64,000 nucleotides of DNA from Mustelus asterias (lineage: Eukaryota), in contig NC_135808.1 in NCBI RefSeq assembly GCF_964213995.1, forward strand, positions 91,946,001-92,010,000, given 5' to 3'. The position numbers were made by a program, and so were the translations under genes. The notes beneath the pieces are model-generated. The model had not been told where the DNA came from and made no database searches. It was given only the letters and a program-made list of their open reading frames with translations. Below, one piece after another: positions 25,063 to 36,519 of the stretch; positions within the stretch are counted from its first letter, which is position 1, and every line of letters begins with the position of its first letter.

Positions 25063-25859
25063 TCTTTCTTTCTTTTTTTTTCCTTTGGACCATTTATGAA
25101 GAAGATGAGGAGACATAAGTTATTATGCATTGCATAATAACTTATTCAAGAGATGTTTCGTTTTGTCCCTCTGAATAGCAAAACATGCTGGAAAAGAGGG
25201 AAATTTGTTGTGTGGCTATTTCCCCCTCCTACAGAGGTCCTCTTTTCATCACGAGTGAATGCAGGTTGGATCTTCCATTGTGGATCAATGGGACAACATG
25301 TGCTTGGGCTTTAGAACCCAATTTGAGCAAAGAAGTACAAAAGTAAACGTGAATTAAGCAATTTTGTTTTACAAGCAAGCCAGCTACACAACTAAAATGC
25401 TTGTCCTGAGACTAACTTCAGACATTTGCTACATGACTACAGCCTTCAATGGGCAGTACATGGGGGGCATAAGCAAGCTGTTAGACACAAAGTCCATCAT
25501 AACCCCTGTGTAATCCCAGTGAATTTATGCACACCATTCAGTGAATACCACATGTACATACAAACAGAGAACAAATGTGGTCATGTCAAATTACTTTTCA
25601 AATAAAATGGTGCGGAGCCTATTATTTTTCACCCTCTTCGCCCTGAGGACCAAACTCTAGACTCAAATTATTTTCAGGGAACGGATGTTTTTTTTAAATA
25701 AAATCTTTAATTTGAACCGTTCAGTGTGCTGCTAAGCAAGGCCAGATCCTTGCTGGCCTCTATTCCAGTTGAAAGGCAGAAAATATAAAGTGGATAGAGA
25801 TTACTACTGAAGTGCCCCTGTTTATCGAGAATATCTATAAAGAAGCTCTCCAACTGCTT

Positions 25860-26186
25860 TTGGAGCTGAGCTGTCAGAAAATCCCAGGCGTTTGCTCCTT
25901 CATTGGGTGGCAGTGAGGCTCTATAATTGGCCAAAACACCCCTAGGCTAGGGAGAGGAAAATCAACTGTTGTTCCTGCCTTTTCTCACTACCCAACGATC
26001 CTGTTTGAACATATATTTGCACGGATTTCAGATGAGGACAGAATTGAGCTTGGTTGAGATGTTTGTCTCGATTGGCTACTTCACTGGTGCTTAGCCTCAG
26101 CTCACACAAGAAGAAAGTGTTCTCTGACACACATTGAACTCCACTTTTGACATAGTCGATGCCTTCGGGAGATAAGGAGGGATAGA
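25860..26186 (+). mobile_element. Ancient SINE family F (related copies near 3440-3660 +, 47200-47385 -, 52430-52700 +)
   Basis: Recurring motifs aattggcc...ccctaggctagggagaggaaaatca and gatgaggacagaattgagcttggttg across copies. Confidence 0.4.
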
Positions 26187-26813
26187 AACTTGGCAACACA
26201 AGAAACATAATTTGTGTTGCAATTTTATGGGTGCTGAATAGAAACTGAAATGTGGGCACGGCTGCTTGTCACCTGGTGCTACGGCAATATAGGCTCATTG
26301 CCAGATTTTGACATGAAAAAGAGCAAACAAAAAGTGAGAGATCAAAATCTGCTGGAATAATATTTTGTGCAATCTGTGCCAGCTACCACTCAATTTAGCA
26401 TACTAAATTTGCACATTGCAATGGTTTGGATTTCTCTGTCCATCTCCTGTTCAGTTACACAACGTTTTTTCTTTAAATGAAACATAATTTTGAGTTCATA
26501 TGGAGCATAGAGTCCCTAGGTTTATTTCTTGTTCTGGTCTGAATTAACCATTTTCAATTAGGGTTGTGATGGGTTGCTTCATATGTTTCCAATGTCGCCC
26601 AGGCTGGAGAGAGTTTTTTTAACCTTCCTGTGATGCGGGCCTCAACAGCAAAGTCAACATTTATTGCCCATCACAGGATTCCCTTGAGGAGGTGGTTCTC
26701 CATTCCATGTGGTGAAGTATTCCCACAACACTATTCATTAGGTAGTTCCAGGATTTTGGCCCAGCAATGCAGTGATGTAAACCGGGATTGTGTGATCTGG
26801 TGGGGTATCTGGT

Positions 26814-27145
26814 GGGCAGCACGGTGGCGCAGTATTTAACACTGCTGCCTCACAGCGCCAGTGACCTGAGTTCGATTCCCTGCTTGGGACTCTGTCTGTG
26901 TGGAGTTTGCATATTCTCCCCGTGTCTGCATGGGTTTCCTCTGGGTGCTCCAGTTTCTTCCCACAGTCCAAAGATGTGCGGGTTAGGTGGATTGGCCATG
27001 CTAAATTGCCCTTTCGTGTCAGGGAGATTAGCGAGAGTAAATGCATGGGGCTCTGGGGATAGGGCTGGGTGAGATTGTGGTTGGTGCAGTCTTGATGGGC
27101 CGAATGGCCTCCTTCTGCATTGTAGGATTCTATGATTCTACGATT
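26814..27145 (+). mobile_element. HE1-type V-SINE (CR1 tail), inserted in a LINE-D 3' remnant (~26650-27180, minus)
   Basis: Full SINE; left flank catttattgcccat...gttccaggattttgg matches 7018-7130. Confidence 0.85.
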
Positions 27146-27344
27146 AGAGGTGATGGTGTCTCCATGAACCCTGTGTCTTTGATATTATTGGCCAGTGTTC
27201 CTGCTCCCAACTAAACTCTGTGGGAAAAGAATTGTGCAGCCTATCGGTGAAAGCAGGACCTTTGATAGCCACCATAATTTAATAGCACATTGATTCTCAC
27301 TATCTAACCATGAAGAATGGGTAAAGCATTGGAAAAATTCAGTC

Positions 27345-27468
27345 GCTGGAATTCTCCCGCCCCTCCCGCCATGGGAATCGGAGCGGGCGAGGGCGGACAA
27401 TGGGAAGGTCCGTTGTCCTCAGGCATGATTTTCTATTCTTGGGTCGAGCAAGGCCATAAAATCCTGCC
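27345..27468. mobile_element. Harbinger-like MITE
   Basis: gctggaattctcc...aaaatcctgccc; homologous to 2797-2922. Confidence 0.5.
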
Positions 27469-28484
27469 CAGCAGGTCTGGCAGCATCTGTGAAGATCAAA
27501 ACTGAATTAACATTTTGAATCCAATATGATTTTTCTTCAAAGCTTGAGCATTTCCAACATTTTCTGTTTCTATTTCTGCAATAGTTTGCTTTCATTTTAA
27601 TAAAGAATGGGTATTTGGGTAAACTACTGGAGTGACACTGATACTGGCTGAACAATACACATGCATGAGTCACCACAGTGCGGGAGATGAGGAAGCAAAT
27701 TCAATTTTAAAAACATTAGGAAAAAATATATTCCTTATTGCAAAATGTGAAATCTGAGCTGTCATATATTTTCAAGTAAAAGAATGCATGCTATGCCATC
27801 TGAAGAGTTAACTAGGTTAAATGCCACTTCTGTGGCTTTACTCCAAGGTTTGTAGTTCAAAAGGGCTTGTCTAATCTTGCCTGAATTAATATAATCAGTT
27901 ATCTCTCGAACATCTCGAATTGTCCTTCTCTCATCCCACTTCTCCCTTATCTTGCATTATTTTCTGACGCACAATTTGCAGGTCGTGTTAGCACAAAGCT
28001 CTGGTTTCATCTCCTCCCTCACTTCAACCCAACTCTTGAACTTTTTTAAATCTCAGATATCCAAGAATTGGAACATTCCCAGTCACAGAAAGAAGAGGAA
28101 GAAGACAATGAAAAGGAAAAGAATTATCAATCGATCTTACACTCTCAATCACCAGTTGAGAGATAGACACTGTGCATATTTTAGAGGCTAGCACTGATAA
28201 GGATTCTGTGCATGTTGAGACACCAGATATAGGAATCAGAATGGGGAGCGGAAAGAATCGTGCAGGAGCCAGTTCACTGCAGGACAAGGTCACAAACTAG
28301 TTCTCTGGCTGGTTAGGATTTAGATGCTCCTGGTTACAGAAGAAACAAATGGGTGGAAAGAGCCATATGCTTGGTTCATCAAAAACCGGCCAGAAAGCCA
28401 GTGCACAAAGTAAAAACGTTCAGTGGAGTCCAACACTAACTTGGCACATGGCTTTGCACGGAGCTTGCAGTCCATCCTTAACAC

Positions 28485-29426
28485 TGTTATGATTGTTCCC
28501 CAGGCAACGTCCCGTAATTTATTAACTTCCCAAATTTTGCCATGCTCCCAGGTGAGGGGGAATTAGATTTACTCCCCTTCTTTATTCAACCACCAACCCC
28601 AGCTGGCGACAACAAGGTTAATCCCCATGGACACCCTTACCCAGTCCAAATGTATTTACTCTTTGGAAAGCGGCCAATTCAATCAGGCTTTCTTGAGCCG
28701 AAGAAAGAGTAAGTTTATTCGTTACTGAAAAAACCCAAGAAAAACAGTAAAGAATGCAACGTAAACATTCACACTCTAGTCAGATGAGAAGTTAAAACAT
28801 CAAAGATAAGAGTAAAAATATATACAAATCAGTCCTTAGTTTGTCCATGAATGTAGATTGTGGCATGTTGTGGCCATTAAGTTGGGTAATACTGGTACAT
28901 TTGACTTTGGCAGGTTAGCAGGGAGTTGAAGACACTGGATTCTGCAGGGGTGCTGAAAAGCTGTCCGATTTCCTTTAGCTTGTGTCTTTTTCTGAACATT
29001 CTCCAGCAGCAGAAAGAGAGGGTTTCTTCTTTTTTATGTGCCACACACACACTCTGACACATTAGCACTCCAGTACACACAGGACAGGACTGCAGTTGTT
29101 TTTAATAAATCACAGTGCCCTGTGTATCCTGAGAGGGAACAAACAACATGTCTCTTGCCTAGAGTCAGATTTCTTTGAACTCAAGCCATTTCTACATTCT
29201 GAGACATCGATCAGCAGGAGATGGGATTTGGATGTCTGCTGAGATGCGGAATATTCTCTTTGTACTCCTTTCTGGGTGGTTCTTGTTTGCTTTTCTCACT
29301 TTCACCTTGGAAGGTAGACTTGCTTTTTAAAGCAGTTTGTTCTGTCTCATTTCAAAGTCAAGAATTTCTGTTAAAGATTATAAAAAATAATTTTTCAAAA
29401 AAATAAAGAACTGTAACTTCATGACA
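28485..29426 (-). mobile_element. Solo-LTR-like element
   Basis: TG...CA ends (tgttatga / tcatgaca); minus-strand aataaacttactctttcttcggctcaagaaagcctg matches 55025-55065. No clean TSD. Confidence 0.5.
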
Positions 29427-29654
29427 CCAATTAGAATATATGATCACCTCCACCAAACTACCTGCAGAATCCAGCATGATGCAACATTTGATTGACTACT
29501 GCCTTGCAAGCTTAGACTACTCTCATCTTGGCAGATACCATTATTCAAAGGGGCTTCCAAACATCGCAGGAGTCCAACAATCTGTTCTCCAACAGGTCAA
29601 TAGCATCACCCAACTGAAAGTAGGCACCCCATTGGGTGTATTTGTTCATACGCC

Positions 29655-30530
29655 ATTAATGGTGGTATGACAGGTTGAGAGCTCGGTTAAGAAAGCATAC
29701 AGCATCCTAGGCTTTATTAATAGGAGCATAGAGTTCAAAAGCAAGGAGATTATGTTAACCTTATATAAAATACTGGTTTGGCCTCACCTCGAGTACTGTG
29801 TCCAGTTCTGGAAGCCATACTTTAGGAAATTTGTGAAGATATCACAGAGAGTGCAGGAAATATTTGCTAGAATGTGTCGAGTGCTGAGGAAATTCAATGA
29901 TCATAGAATCATAGAATCCCTAAAATGCGGAAGGAGGCCATTTGGCCCATCAAGCCTGCACCAACATCAATCCCACCCAGGCCCTATCCCCATAATCCCA
30001 TGTATTTACCATGCTAATCCCCCTGACACTAAGGGTCAATTTACCATGATCAAACAGCCTAACCTGCACATCTTTGGAGTGTGGGAGGAAACCGGAGCAC
30101 CCGGAGGAACCTCACGCAGACACAGGGAGAATGTGCAAATTCCACATAGACAGTCACCTAAGGCTGGAATTGAATCCGACTCCCTGGCGCTGAGAGGCAG
30201 CAGTCGTTGAAAGATTGGAAAAGTTGGGACTGTTTTCCTCGGAGAAAAGAAAACTGAGAGGAGATTTGATTGAGGAATTCAAAATCATGAGGGGTCTGGA
30301 CAGAGTGGATTGGGAAAAGCTGCTCATGGAAGGATTTAGAATGAGAGGGCACAGATTTAAGATAGTTGACAAAATAAGCAACGGGGACATGAAAAGAAAC
30401 GTTCATACAGATCTGGAATGAACTTCCTGAGAGTGTGGTGGAGCTAGGCGGGGTCAATGGAGGCATTCAAGAGGGAATTGGCTTATGATTTGAAAATGAC
30501 TAAATGCAGGGTTGCAGGAGAAGATGGGGA
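29655..30530 (+). mobile_element. Degraded CR1 3' part interrupted by an HE1 SINE
   Basis: LYKILVWPHLEYCVQFW, then LGLFSSEKRKLRGDLIE after the SINE. Confidence 0.85.
29901..30204 (-). mobile_element. HE1-type V-SINE (5'-truncated) nested in CR1
   Basis: V-domain and (attctatg)n tail on the minus strand. Confidence 0.88.
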
Positions 30531-30914
30531 CAAGGGGAGAATGTACTATAAAGATTCTGTGATTCTGTGAATCCTAGACTGGTTACAGCAAATAAAGAAG
30601 CCATTCAGCAAATCGTATCTGTACTCACCTCTGAAGGAGCAATTCATCTAGTTCCCTCTGGAGAAAACAACCATTCACCACTATCTTCTGCTTCCTGTCA
30701 CTCAACTAATTTTGTATCTACTGTCCCTTTTTCTCCATGAGCTTTAACTTTTCTCACAAGTCTGTTGGTACTGGTACTGTATCAAAGAACTTCTGGAAGT
30801 CCATGTACAACACATAATTAGCATTACTCCCATCAACCTCATCAAAAAGCTTGAGAAAGTTAGTTAAACATTGATGCAGTTCTGGAGTCACAAAGTTCTG
30901 ACCACGTAACAAAA

Positions 30915-31112
30915 GTAGGCTTCGTTCCTTCAAGGACACGATTGGGTTCTTATGACAATCCAATTGTTTCATGCTTGGCATTACTGATACCAGCTTTTTC
31001 ATTCCACTGAATTCAAATTCACAAACTACCATGGTTGGTTTTGAACGCGTATTTCAGAATTATCAGTCCAGGCCTCTGGATTACACATCCGGTAACAGAA
31101 CCAATACGCCAC
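30915..31112 (-). mobile_element. Degraded SINE family C relative
   Basis: Reverse complement has gaatttgaattcag and cataagaacccaatc, similar to 21934 and 55707. Confidence 0.45.
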
Positions 31113-32692
31113 AGATCCTGTAAAACCTAGCCAGAAAATAACAAATGAGAAGGGTAAAAAATCATTTCATTCACACGCACACTTTAAAATGCCTCCTGAG
31201 CTTTCAGGTGGTTAGAGAAAGCCATTTCACCTCTGATACCTCATTGGTCTTGATCCGATAATTCAGCAGAATATGTTCCAAATTTGCATCCATTTATCTT
31301 GTCAAGCAGATTTGGAGGTTGACGTTAACACTGGAACAGGGGCATCTGCACAAGATTAAGTGCAGTCACAATTAATGGCGGAATTCCAAAGTAATCAGTG
31401 TTGTGAATAATCTGCATGAGATTTCAGCACACCTCAGGACAGAACAGCATTGCAGCTCCAAAGACAAGAATTTCCTTTTCCACTAGTATCGTTTTGCCCC
31501 AAAGGCCTGCACACTACCTTGTTTGTATCATTGCACTTCCTTCAGAGGTATCGCTACAATATAACTGTCATGTGGAAAGGATTCTTTGAGATCTCAAATG
31601 TGAAACAACACTATATTTAAACGGAGCCACTCTACAACAATAAATATACTAATCAGGATAATTATCTAAAGTTTACTTAACCTGATCTGCTCCACAATTA
31701 GATAGTGACATCTTCAAATAACTTACCTGACACTGCTATGGGAAGAGAATCAATAAATACTCCATGTTATGTGATACATTTCACTGAAATGTCAGTACAG
31801 AAACTTTTATAGATATATACAGCAGTTGTGGTATCGGTTAAACCCCTCCAGGCTCTTGAAAGAGAGTTTTTGTTTAAAGTTATGCATGGAATGCAGCTTC
31901 AACTGTTAAAGGCTACCACAGCATCTTTGCAAATACAGCAGTAGCTTGATATTCTGATCACACATGCTCAAGGCAAATTCTCATGGATTGGCTTGGCTCC
32001 AGAACAAACACCTCGGATTTGCACAGAAAACACCAGAGATGTGTGACCCGTGCTAGATTATGATTTCTCATGGAAAACCCCAACCTTCTGAGTGGTCAAG
32101 GATGAATTGTTTAAGGTTTGAGGTTAGATAAGTATTCTGAGAATTTGCTTGATTTGTTTTCAGAAACTTTGCTCAGGAACCATCTTCTCGATTGCTGTGC
32201 AGTGGGGAAGTAAATGGAGTGATCCTGGTGTTGCTGGAGATAGTGTGCATCACAAAGAGAACTAGCTCAGGATAGTGGACACAAGGAGTAGTGTACATGC
32301 TCCTCTGACAGCAAGGACAACTATGGCGATGCGTCACTCAAACATCATTGACGCTCTGATTTATCTTTTCAATCTTGTTTAATTGCTGAATGTGACTCAT
32401 TCAGGGGTCTGCAGAGGGTCAGAAACATCTTCTACAAGATGCTCCCTGTTAAAGAATATTGCCGGAAAAATAGTAGACCACTCTGGCTCTTTGAACTTGT
32501 CATCATCTCCCAAGTCCATGCCTATCCTTACTTCAACTCCATGTTTCTACTAACTGGTAGGATTTCCATTTCTGCCACAGCATCAAAATGACCTTAATCA
32601 AAATCAGATAACATCTTCTGTGACCATACCACATTTTTCCCTCCACATCATCCCCAAATTCTCTGCAGCTTACGAAACAATCAACCAAATTA

Positions 32693-33000
32693 TTTAAAGT
32701 TTATTTATTTATTAGTCACAAGTAGGCTTCCATTAACGCTGCAATTAAGTTACTGTGAAAATCCCCTAGTCGCCACACTCCAAAGCCTCTTCGGGTACAC
32801 TGAGCGAAGATTTGGCATGGCTAATGCAGCTAACCAGCACATCTTTCAGACTGTGGGAGGAAACCTGAGCACCCGGAGGAAACCCATGCAGACACGGGGA
32901 GAATGTGCAGACTCCACACAGACAGTGACCCAAGCCAGGAATTGAACCTGGGTTCTTGGTACTGTGAAGCAGCAGTGCTAACCACTGTGCTATCATGACA
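32693..33000 (-). mobile_element. V-SINE with type B tail
   Basis: Match to 20527-20827. Confidence 0.87.
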
Positions 33001-33150
33001 CCCCCTCCTACTGTCTTTTTACCTCTCTAGCTTGGACCAACTCAGCTGCCCCCCTTCTTAGATGTCAGGGTAAGAATTTAAAATTGTACCATTGGAATTG
33101 GATCTGCTCAAAGACACTACTGCTAGCTGAGAAGAAAGAGTGAGAGAGGT

Positions 33151-33475
33151 GGGAGATAGTGGCAAAGTGGTATTATTATGAAGCCAGTAATCCAGAGGGA
33201 CAGGCTAATGCCATGGGACACCATGGCTGCTGGTGGCATTTAACTTCAATTAATTAATAAAATCTGGAATTGAAAGTTCACCTCAGTAATTGGGACTATT
33301 ATTGATTGTCGTAAAAACCATCTGGTTTACTAATGCCCTTTAGGGAATGGAATCTGCTGTGCTTTCCTGGTCTGGCCTACTTGTGACTCCCGACCACATC
33401 ATTGCGGTTGACTTTTAACTGGCCTAGCATGCCATTCAATTCAAGGGCAATTAGGGATGGGCAATAAATGCTGGG
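33151..33475 (+). mobile_element. SINE family C
   Basis: gattgtcgtaaaaaccatctggtttactaatgccctttaggg...caattagggatgggcaataaatgctgg. Confidence 0.75.
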
Positions 33476-33504
33476 TGTATTGAAAGGAAAAAAAAGAAAA
33501 TCAG

Positions 33505-33580
33505 TGAGTGAGGAAGAGAGAGGGAAAGAGAGAGAGAGAGAGAGAGCGCCAGAAAGAGAAACCAAGAGCGAGAGTGAGAA
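33505..33580. repeat. (GA)n-rich microsatellite
   Basis: gagagagagagagagagagag with degenerate flanks. Confidence 0.8.
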
Positions 33581-33692
33581 ATAAAAATTGATTGATTGAG
33601 TAAGAGAGACCAACAGACTTCACAAGAAAGATATGGGGAAATAGACTGACAGAAAGAGAGATTGACACAGAGACAAGGTTGGGAGAGAAATT

Positions 33693-33989
33693 GAATCATA
33701 GAATTCCACAGTGCAGAAGGAGGCCATTCAGCCCATCGAGTCTGCACCGACCACAATCCCACCCAGACCCTATCCCCATAACTCCATTTATTTACCCTGT
33801 CAATCCCCCTGACACTAAGAGGCAATTTACAATGGCCGATCAACCTAACCTGAACATCTTTGGACTGTGGGAGGAAACCCACAAAAACACAGGTAGAATG
33901 TGCAAACTCCACACAGACAGTGACCCAAGCCAGAATTGAACCCAGGTCCCTGGCACTATGAAGCGTGGTAACCACTGTGCCACCATGAC
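33693..33989 (-). mobile_element. HE1-type V-SINE (CR1 tail) with small internal deletion
   Basis: V-domain lacks the ccgggtgctccggtttcc segment; attctatga tail. Confidence 0.85.
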
Positions 33990-34410
33990 ATTGTAACTTC
34001 ACATTGCATTTTCCCACACTACACAGCCACTGTATCAGGTGAACCTAATTTATTGCAGCACCTGAATAGTCGACTGGTGAATTAATTGGTCTGCTCAAAA
34101 TATTTCCAGACAGCTGGTGCTTTCAGGCTTTGCATTTCTGGACAGGAGAGGTTATAGTGTATATAAATGGAATTGCTGTCAATGTTGATAATGCACACTT
34201 TATAATACTGTCCTGGCATTATATTGTATAGTTCCCTTTACAATGATGCAGCATATTTATTATTAGGCTCGATTCTTTTTATGGAACTTATGCAGTTTAT
34301 TCTCTTTGTATTTTTGAATATACCCTTATTACAGTGTACTGGAAATTATATTATGGAGTACACTCCCTCTATAATTGTTACAAATATATTTGTAAGAGTG
34401 TTAGATTTTA

Positions 34411-34595
34411 GGGAGGAGGTCTTGTGGTGCAATGATTAGTGTTAATGATCAGTGTTAATAATTAGTATTCCTGGCTCTGAGCCAGAGTCTCCAGTTTGTG
34501 TCCCACTCCAGGACTTGATGGCCACAGAAGCTGTGTCCATAATGGAGTCAAACAGGCTAATTATCAATCTTCAAATCCCTCCAATATGCCTATAG
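34411..34595 (+). mobile_element. Old tRNA-derived SINE family E
   Basis: ggtcttgtggtgcaatg...gacttgatggcca...caaacaggctaattatc...aaatccctccaat, shared with 62833-63230. Confidence 0.45.
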
Positions 34596-34825
34596 CATAT
34601 TGACCCCTCACCCCTCAAACCTCTGGCAACAGGCCGGCAACCTGTTCGAAAGAAAATACAAGCTAGGGAAAACAGAATAAGCATGTGCTTTACCTGCCAC
34701 GTGTGTCTCTAAATGTGGAAAGTTGTATAAGTATGTTTTGGGACTCTCTTTTTAATTAAGGGTAATATAGAGGAATGAAGGGGGCATTATAACCAATTAT
34801 CAGGGAATAAATCGAGGGACATATC

Positions 34826-34950
34826 GGGTGGGATTCTCCGGCCATTCCCACCAGCAGGATTCTCCTGTGAACGGAGACTTGGCTGAGTGCCAAATTCTCT
34901 GACCTCTCTGTCAGCGGCGCTGGGGCATGAACAGCCGAAGAATTACAACC
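34826..34950. mobile_element. Harbinger-like MITE
   Basis: gggtgggattctcc...ggctgagtgccaaattctc...agaattacaacc; homologous to 8257. Confidence 0.5.
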
Positions 34951-35496
34951 TTTGACATCTGGGCAGGTGGAGGGGCTACCGAACCTGTCAGCATCGGAGG
35001 GTGGGGGTGGGAAGCAGGCTGTTGAGCTTGTGAGCATGGTTTGAGGGAGATTCTGACTAACTCGTCAGACCAGGTGTGGGTTTTGGCAAACCTGTCAAAG
35101 CCGAGGTGAGGGTGAGGGGGGGGGGGGGGACGGGTGGGGGCGGTGGAGGAGGGGGGAGCGTTTGATGTTTAATGAGAGCATGGGATGGCGCCACCATAAG
35201 AGGGCTCAGGACACACGCGAAGGTGTGTAGTGCACGTATAAGAAATTTAATGATTGAAAACAAGGGTCAAACCATGACTCAGATGGAGAAGTTGTCTACC
35301 TAGGACATGGGACAAGCATCTCAAATATGGAATGTTCCTGGCAAATCTGGTGTCAAGGAGCGGTAAGCCCGAAACACTACATTAGTGTTTCCCTCCCTCC
35401 CTCCTCCTCTAACCAAAAAAAAAAGCCACTGTGAGAAGGTAAAAGTGAAGGTAAGAGTTTTATACATTTTTTCAAATAATTTAATTGGTGCTCGAA

Positions 35497-36395
35497 ATGT
35501 CAGTCAGTGAGGTTAGGTGCTGCACTTGTGAGATGTGGGAGATCCGTGACGCTTCCAGCGTCTCGGGCAACTATGTCTGCAGGAAGTGCATTCAATTGCA
35601 GCTCCTTACAGTCCGTATGGATAGGTTGGAGCAGCAGTTGGATACACTTAGGAGCATGAAGGAGGCGGAAAGCCTCATAGATAGGAGCTTTAGAGACGTG
35701 GTCACATCGAAGGTGCAGGCAGATAGATGGGTGACCGCCAGAAGGGGCAGACAGTCAGTGCAGGAATCCCCTGTGGTCATCCCCCACTCTAACAAGTATA
35801 CCGTTTTGGATACTGTTGGGGAAGATGGGCTATCAGGAGATACCAGCAGCAGCAGCCAAAGCAGTGGAACCACAGCTGGCTCTGTTGTTAAGCAGGGAGG
35901 GACAAAGAGGACTAGAGCAATAGTTTTAGGGGACTCTATAGTTAGGGGCGCAGATAGGCACTTCTGTGGACGTGAAAGAGACTCCAGGATGGTATGTTGC
36001 CTCCCTGGTGCTAAGGTCCAGGATGTCTCTGAACGGGCAGAAAGCATTCTGGAGGGAGAAGGTGAACAGCCAGAGGTTGTGGTACATATTGGTACTAACA
36101 ACATAGGCAGGAAGAGTGAGGAGGTCCTGCAGCAGCAGTTTAGGGAGTTAGGTAGAAAGTTAAAAGCAGGACCTCTAGGGTTGTAATCTCAGTATTACTT
36201 CCTGTGCCACGTGCTAATGAGGCTAGGAATAGAAAGATAGTGCAGCTCAACACCTGGTGTAGGAGGGGAGGGTTTCAGATATCTGGACCATTGGGGTCTC
36301 TTCGGGGCAGATGGGACCTGTACAAGAAGGACGGGTTGCATCTAAACTGGAAGGGCACAAATATTCTGGCCGGGATGTTTGCTAGTGTCACATGA
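35497..36395 (+). pseudogene. CR1 ORF1p: zinc finger/leucine zipper + SGNH/GDSL esterase (frameshifted)
   Basis: CCTCEMWE...YVCRKC; VLGDSIVRG; VHIGTNN; DGLHLN. Confidence 0.9.
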
Positions 36396-36519
36396 GAGGA
36401 TTTAAACTAGTTTGGCAGGGGGGTGGGAACCAAAGCAAAGGTGAATTAGCTGAAGGGGATCCAGAGAGTAGGGCCAGTAAGACACAGAAGCAGCAGGCAG
36501 GTGGGATTGTTAATCAGAG

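Noticed and set aside
488-33939. Many 70-190 aa ORFs with similar sequence (e.g. GRMCKLHTDS, CLCGVCTFSPCLHGFPPGA)
   Set aside because: They are translations of V-SINE copies, not a gene family.
35485-36395. SGNH esterase as a novel host enzyme
   Set aside because: Standard CR1 ORF1 domain, and frameshifted.
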